Virus record (IMG/VR): IMGVR_UViG_3300037313_001510
DNA length: 53,689 bases
Reading direction: 5' to 3' (one strand)
Source of the DNA: a virus
Of this stretch, positions 51,160 through 53,689 are shown in pieces. Both the position numbers and the translations under genes were made by a program. The notes beneath the pieces are model-generated. The model saw only the letters and a list, made by a program, of their open reading frames with translations. It did not search any database and was not told the origin of the DNA. How positions within the stretch are numbered: the stretch's first letter is position 1; each line of letters opens with the position of its first letter.

Positions 51160-52366
51160 ACAGAGAAAGGACCGGCCGGGCTACAAATACCGGCCGCGCT
51201 CCGACGGCAGCCGCGCTCACTACTGGGTGCCGCAACGCGCCGTGAAGCATGCGCCGGCAGCGCTCGACCCGCGGCCGATCACCGGGGCGATGATCGAGGC
51301 GGCGCTTGCCGCCGATCCAGACCTCGCCGATGCCGACGCCGCGATCGCAAAATTCTGCCGCGACTGGACCGATGAATTGCGCGGCGACCTCGAGGTGAGG
51401 GCGAAGGGGCCGGTCTATGACGGCTCGGTCTCCTCGCTGATCCTCTACTATCGCACGCATGAAAAATCGCCATTCAAGAAACTCAAGCATTCGACGCGTA
51501 TCCGCGACTATGAGCCGTCGCTGCGGCTGATAGCGAAAAGCGTCGGCGAGCGGCTGGTGCGCAACCTGGTCGGCTCGGATTTCACCCGCTGGTTCGAGTC
51601 CTGGGGCTCGAAGGGCCGCGCCAGGCGCGCCCACGGTGCGATCCGCAAGCTGCGCGCCGTGCTCTCCTTCGGCACTACCGAGCGACTGGACGGCTGCCGC
51701 CAGGCGCGCGAGATCCTGTCGCTGATGGAATTCGAGACGCCCGCCGCCCGCCGCGTCAAGATGGAGTACCGGCATGCGCTCAAGATCTGCGCCATGGCGA
51801 TACGGCTTGAGCGGCCATCGATCGCGCTCACCCAGGCGCTGCAGTGGGACACGGCGCTCAGACGCATCCACATCATCGGCGAGTGGCTGCCAATCGAGCA
51901 AGGCGAGGCCGGCGGCATCGTGCGCGGCCGCACCAAATGGCGCGGACTGACGGTGGCCGACATTTCGGGCAAGCAGGTGCTCACCGTGCCGCTGACCAGC
52001 AAGGGCAAGGACGCCACAGACCACGATCTCGGCAAGTGCGCGCTGGTGCAGATGGTGCTAAAACGGGTGAGGCTGCCCGCCTTCGGCCCGCTTATCGTCT
52101 CGGAAACCACCGGACTGCCTTACCGGGAAAACTATTACGCCACCGACTGGCGCGAGATCGCCACGGCGGCCGGCGTTCCCGAAACCGTCTGGTCGATGGA
52201 TGCGCGCGCCGGCGCGATCTCGGAAGCCGAGGAAGCGACCGACATCGAATCGGCCAGGAAAATGGCAGGCCACACCACGATCAAGACGACGCAAGGCTAC
52301 GTGAGAAACCGCGACCTCGCCAACAACGTCAAGGTCGCCGAAGCCCGCGCCAGGCTGAGGAAGTGA
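51152..52366 (+). CDS. int: Tyrosine integrase, 404 aa
   Basis: The C-terminal catalytic region MDARAGAISEA...AGHTTIKTTQGYV carries the R...H-x-x-R...Y pattern. Adjacent to attP. Confidence 0.85.
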   Translation: MTEQRKDRPGYKYRPRSDGSRAHYWVPQRAVKHAPAALDPRPITGAMIEAALAADPDLADADAAIAKFCRDWTDELRGDLEVRAKGPVYDGSVSSLILYYRTHEKSPFKKLKHSTRIRDYEPSLRLIAKSVGERLVRNLVGSDFTRWFESWGSKGRARRAHGAIRKLRAVLSFGTTERLDGCRQAREILSLMEFETPAARRVKMEYRHALKICAMAIRLERPSIALTQALQWDTALRRIHIIGEWLPIEQGEAGGIVRGRTKWRGLTVADISGKQVLTVPLTSKGKDATDHDLGKCALVQMVLKRVRLPAFGPLIVSETTGLPYRENYYATDWREIATAAGVPETVWSMDARAGAISEAEEATDIESARKMAGHTTIKTTQGYVRNRDLANNVKVAEARARLRK

Positions 52367-52390
52367 CACGGCAGTGACACGCGTGACACG
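52363..52390 (+). repeat. Three direct GTGACACG repeats (arm-type integrase site candidates)
   Basis: Copies at 52363-52370, 52374-52381 and 52383-52390. The first overlaps the int stop codon. Confidence 0.6.
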
Positions 52391-52437
52391 GCGCCCGATT
52401 TTTAAAGAGATTTCATCAACGTTTTCAGTTGGTTGGC

Positions 52438-52485
52438 TGGAGCGGGTAGCGGGAATCGAACCCGCATATTCAGCTTGGAAGGCTC
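52438..52485 (-). other. attP core: 3' about 48 nt of a tRNA-Gly(UCC) gene
   Basis: The - strand reads GAGCCTTCCAAGCTGAATATGCGGGTTCGATTCCCGCTACCCGCTCCA: anticodon loop CUUCCAA, T-arm, acceptor 3' strand, CCA. There is no D-arm or 5' acceptor strand. Confidence 0.75.
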
Positions 52486-52511
52486 CTGGAATTTCAATGA
52501 AATCAATGCGC

Positions 52512-52570
52512 CGTGTCACTCGGCCTTTTAGGCGTGTCAGAAGCGGGCGCGGTTTTCCGCCGCCGTGTCA
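52512..52570. repeat. Three inverted copies CGTGTCA(C) of the arm repeat on the other side of the core
   Basis: Copies at 52512-52519, 52533-52539 and 52564-52570. Confidence 0.55.
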
Positions 52571-52647
52571 AAGCCCAGCATCGGCTTAGAAGGCCGAAAG
52601 AAGCTGAGGCTTTTCGGCGATAGTTCCAACTTTGCGCAGGTGATAGC

Positions 52648-52836
52648 ATGCGGAACAATTCGGGAAACTTGGAACCGAAGGAGGACGGTGATGGGTCAAT
52701 GGGAGCGCAGAAAGAGCGGGATGCGAAGATCGCGGATGAATGGAACGACACGATTGGTGAGCCTGGTGGCGATGCCTCATTTCGAGGAACCGCCGTTGTG
52801 GCTCGGCTTGTCGCGACGGCCATCCGCCAGTCCTGA
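52648..52836 (+). CDS. Possible small acidic protein, 62 aa (alternative to 52691..52858)
   Basis: AGGTGA lies 4 nt before the ATG. Third-position GC is only about 63%, so coding status is uncertain. Confidence 0.3.
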   Translation: MRNNSGNLEPKEDGDGSMGAQKERDAKIADEWNDTIGEPGGDASFRGTAVVARLVATAIRQS

Positions 52837-52858
52837 TACCCAAGGAGAAGATGCATGA
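52691..52858 (+). CDS. Possible small basic protein, 55 aa (alternative frame)
   Basis: AAGGAGG lies 6 nt before the ATG, with an ATGA overlap to 52855. The Arg-rich translation is unconvincing. Confidence 0.3.
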   Translation: MGQWERRKSGMRRSRMNGTTRLVSLVAMPHFEEPPLWLGLSRRPSASPDTQGEDA

Positions 52859-53043
52859 GCGAGGCGTTTGAGATTTACGGCTATGGCGAAGATGGCAAGC
52901 CATTGAGGCGCCCGGCCGGGTTAGGCGCAGTGCTGACAGAAGCGCTCGCGGAATCACGCCGCCAGTACGATGCGTTTGTGCAAAGCTGCAATCGCATCAC
53001 GGATCGTGAGATCGATGAAAGCGAGCGGAAGCGCAAACCATGA
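52855..53043 (+). CDS. Hypothetical small protein, 62 aa
   Basis: AAGGAGAAG SD and a plausible soluble sequence MSEAFEIYGYGEDGKPL... Confidence 0.5.
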   Translation: MSEAFEIYGYGEDGKPLRRPAGLGAVLTEALAESRRQYDAFVQSCNRITDREIDESERKRKP

Positions 53044-53149
53044 TCCAGCGCCGGCCCGCCGTATCATCTCCCTGCTCTGGCTCTACTTGCTCGTAGGGGC
53101 TGGTGTGGCAGTGCTGGGATGGATGGGATTGATCGAAATTCACCAGTAG
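53015..53149 (+). CDS. Possible 44-aa single-TM peptide
   Basis: MKASGSANHDPAPARRIISLLWLYLLVGAGVAVLGWMGLIEIHQ. Weak SD. Its stop TAG is part of the Thg1-like SD. Confidence 0.25.
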   Translation: MKASGSANHDPAPARRIISLLWLYLLVGAGVAVLGWMGLIEIHQ

Positions 53150-53158
53150 GAGAACGAG

Positions 53159-53689
53159 ATGGCCGACACGCTTGGCGATTATCTGAAGGCACTCGAAGGC
53201 GTCGAGACCGGACGGCGCGCGCAGCCAGGACAAGCCGTCTATATCCGTATCGACGGCAACCGCTTCTCCAAGTTCACCAAGGGCATGGAGCGCCCGTTTG
53301 ATCCGCGCATGTCGGCGGCGATGATCGAGACCACGAAAGGGCTGGTGACTGAGTTCGGTGCCGCGCTTGGCTATACCCAGTCGGATGAGATTTCGTTGGT
53401 GCTTTGGGAAGACGCGCCGCAGAGCGAACTGGCCCACGGCGGCAAGTTTCAGAAGCTGGCGAGCCGCACGGCGTCAAAGGCCACGCATCTTTTCTACAAG
53501 GCGGCAAGGGCCGCTGGCTTGGTCGAATTCATCGACCGCCAGTTCCCCGAGTTCGACGCGCGCGCCTTCGCATTGAGCAAAGAGGATGCCGGCAAGGCCA
53601 TCTATTGGCGCGAGATGGATGCCAGAAAGAACGCGGTCCAGATGACGGCGCGTTGCCACTTCTCGGCCAAGGCCCTGCACCAGAAGCAT
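53159..53689 (+). CDS. Thg1-like protein (TLP), N-terminal 177 codons; continues at 128..379 after removing the overlap
   Basis: AGGAG SD. VYIRIDGNRFSKFTKGMERPFDPRMSAAMIETTKGLVTEFGAALGYTQSDEISLVLW matches the Thg1/TLP catalytic core (RIDG..F..FT...PFD...M..T......YTQSDEISL). Confidence 0.85.
   Translation, partial: MADTLGDYLKALEGVETGRRAQPGQAVYIRIDGNRFSKFTKGMERPFDPRMSAAMIETTKGLVTEFGAALGYTQSDEISLVLWEDAPQSELAHGGKFQKLASRTASKATHLFYKAARAAGLVEFIDRQFPEFDARAFALSKEDAGKAIYWREMDARKNAVQMTARCHFSAKALHQKH
53563..53689. repeat. Right copy of the 127-bp exact terminal duplication
   Basis: Identical to 1..127. Confidence 0.95.

Larger units (their letters stand above)
1..53689. mobile_element. Complete temperate tailed-phage genome (lambda-like head module, siphovirus-type tail), circularly closed; unique length 53,562 bp
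   Basis: Integrase plus attP, a cI/cro-like switch, and terminase-portal-capsid-tail-lysis modules are all present. Bases 1-127 equal 53563-53689, and one ORF reads in frame across the junction. Confidence 0.9.

Noticed and set aside
52438-52510. A complete tRNA-Gly gene on the - strand.
   Set aside because: Only the anticodon loop, 3 bp of the anticodon stem, the variable loop, the T-arm and the acceptor 3' strand are present. The sequence 5' of it cannot form a D-arm or pair with TACCCGC. It is therefore interpreted as the attP core.
53563-53689. The 127-bp end repeat as attL/attR, an LTR or a phage direct terminal repeat.
   Set aside because: It lies inside a coding sequence and restores the reading frame when the ends are joined. 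The real att core lies at 52438..52485, and the GpA-type terminase predicts cos ends rather than long DTRs. True terminal redundancy cannot be fully excluded without reads.
1-53689. CRISPR arrays, rRNA genes, IS elements or transposases, toxin-antitoxin pairs, and retron msr/msd.
   Set aside because: No spaced direct-repeat arrays, transposase-like ORFs or terminal inverted repeats were seen. The only RT belongs to the DGR cassette.

Overview
The window is one complete temperate tailed-phage genome. It is high-GC and looks like a phage of an alphaproteobacterial, Rhizobiales-type host. Bases 1-127 are identical to 53563-53689, and a Thg1-like ORF reads in frame across that junction, so the molecule is circular with a unique length of 53,562 bp.

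Layout:
- A cI/cro-like switch sits at about 43.7 kb.
- Leftward on the - strand, about 42.8 kb of co-directional, mostly translationally coupled genes run from 43679 down to 902. In order: cro-like; early and regulatory genes (CII-position gene, GcrA-like, GapR-like, AAA+, Zn-ribbon, N6/N4 DNA MTase, multi-TRD C5 DNA MTase, radical-SAM-like); a replication initiator with internal iterons; a NusG/RfaH-like factor; a 330-bp leader with phased repeats (cos candidate); a lambda-like head module (TerS, GpA-type TerL, gpW, portal, S49 protease, gpD-like, gpE-like capsid); a 4-gene glycosyl/methyl-transferase island; neck, tail tube, chaperones, tape measure and tail tip/fibres; an O-acyltransferase; a SAR-endolysin lysis cassette; and an intrinsic terminator.
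- Rightward on the + strand: cI-like repressor, orf153, a second operator set, Lar-like, MucR/Ros, small genes, an ASCH-like gene, a complete diversity-generating retroelement (target-VR, avd, TR, RT), xis-like, int, attP (the 3' part of tRNA-Gly(UCC) flanked by arm repeats), small ORFs, and the Thg1-like gene.

Most notable:
- the DGR, placed in the early/int operon rather than the tail module;
- the glyco/methyl-transferase island inside the head-neck genes;
- the radical-SAM-like gene coupled to an 8-module C5 methyltransferase;
- the phage Thg1-like gene beside attP;
- the NusG paralogue at the early/late boundary.

All functional calls rest on motifs and gene order read by eye. No database search was run.
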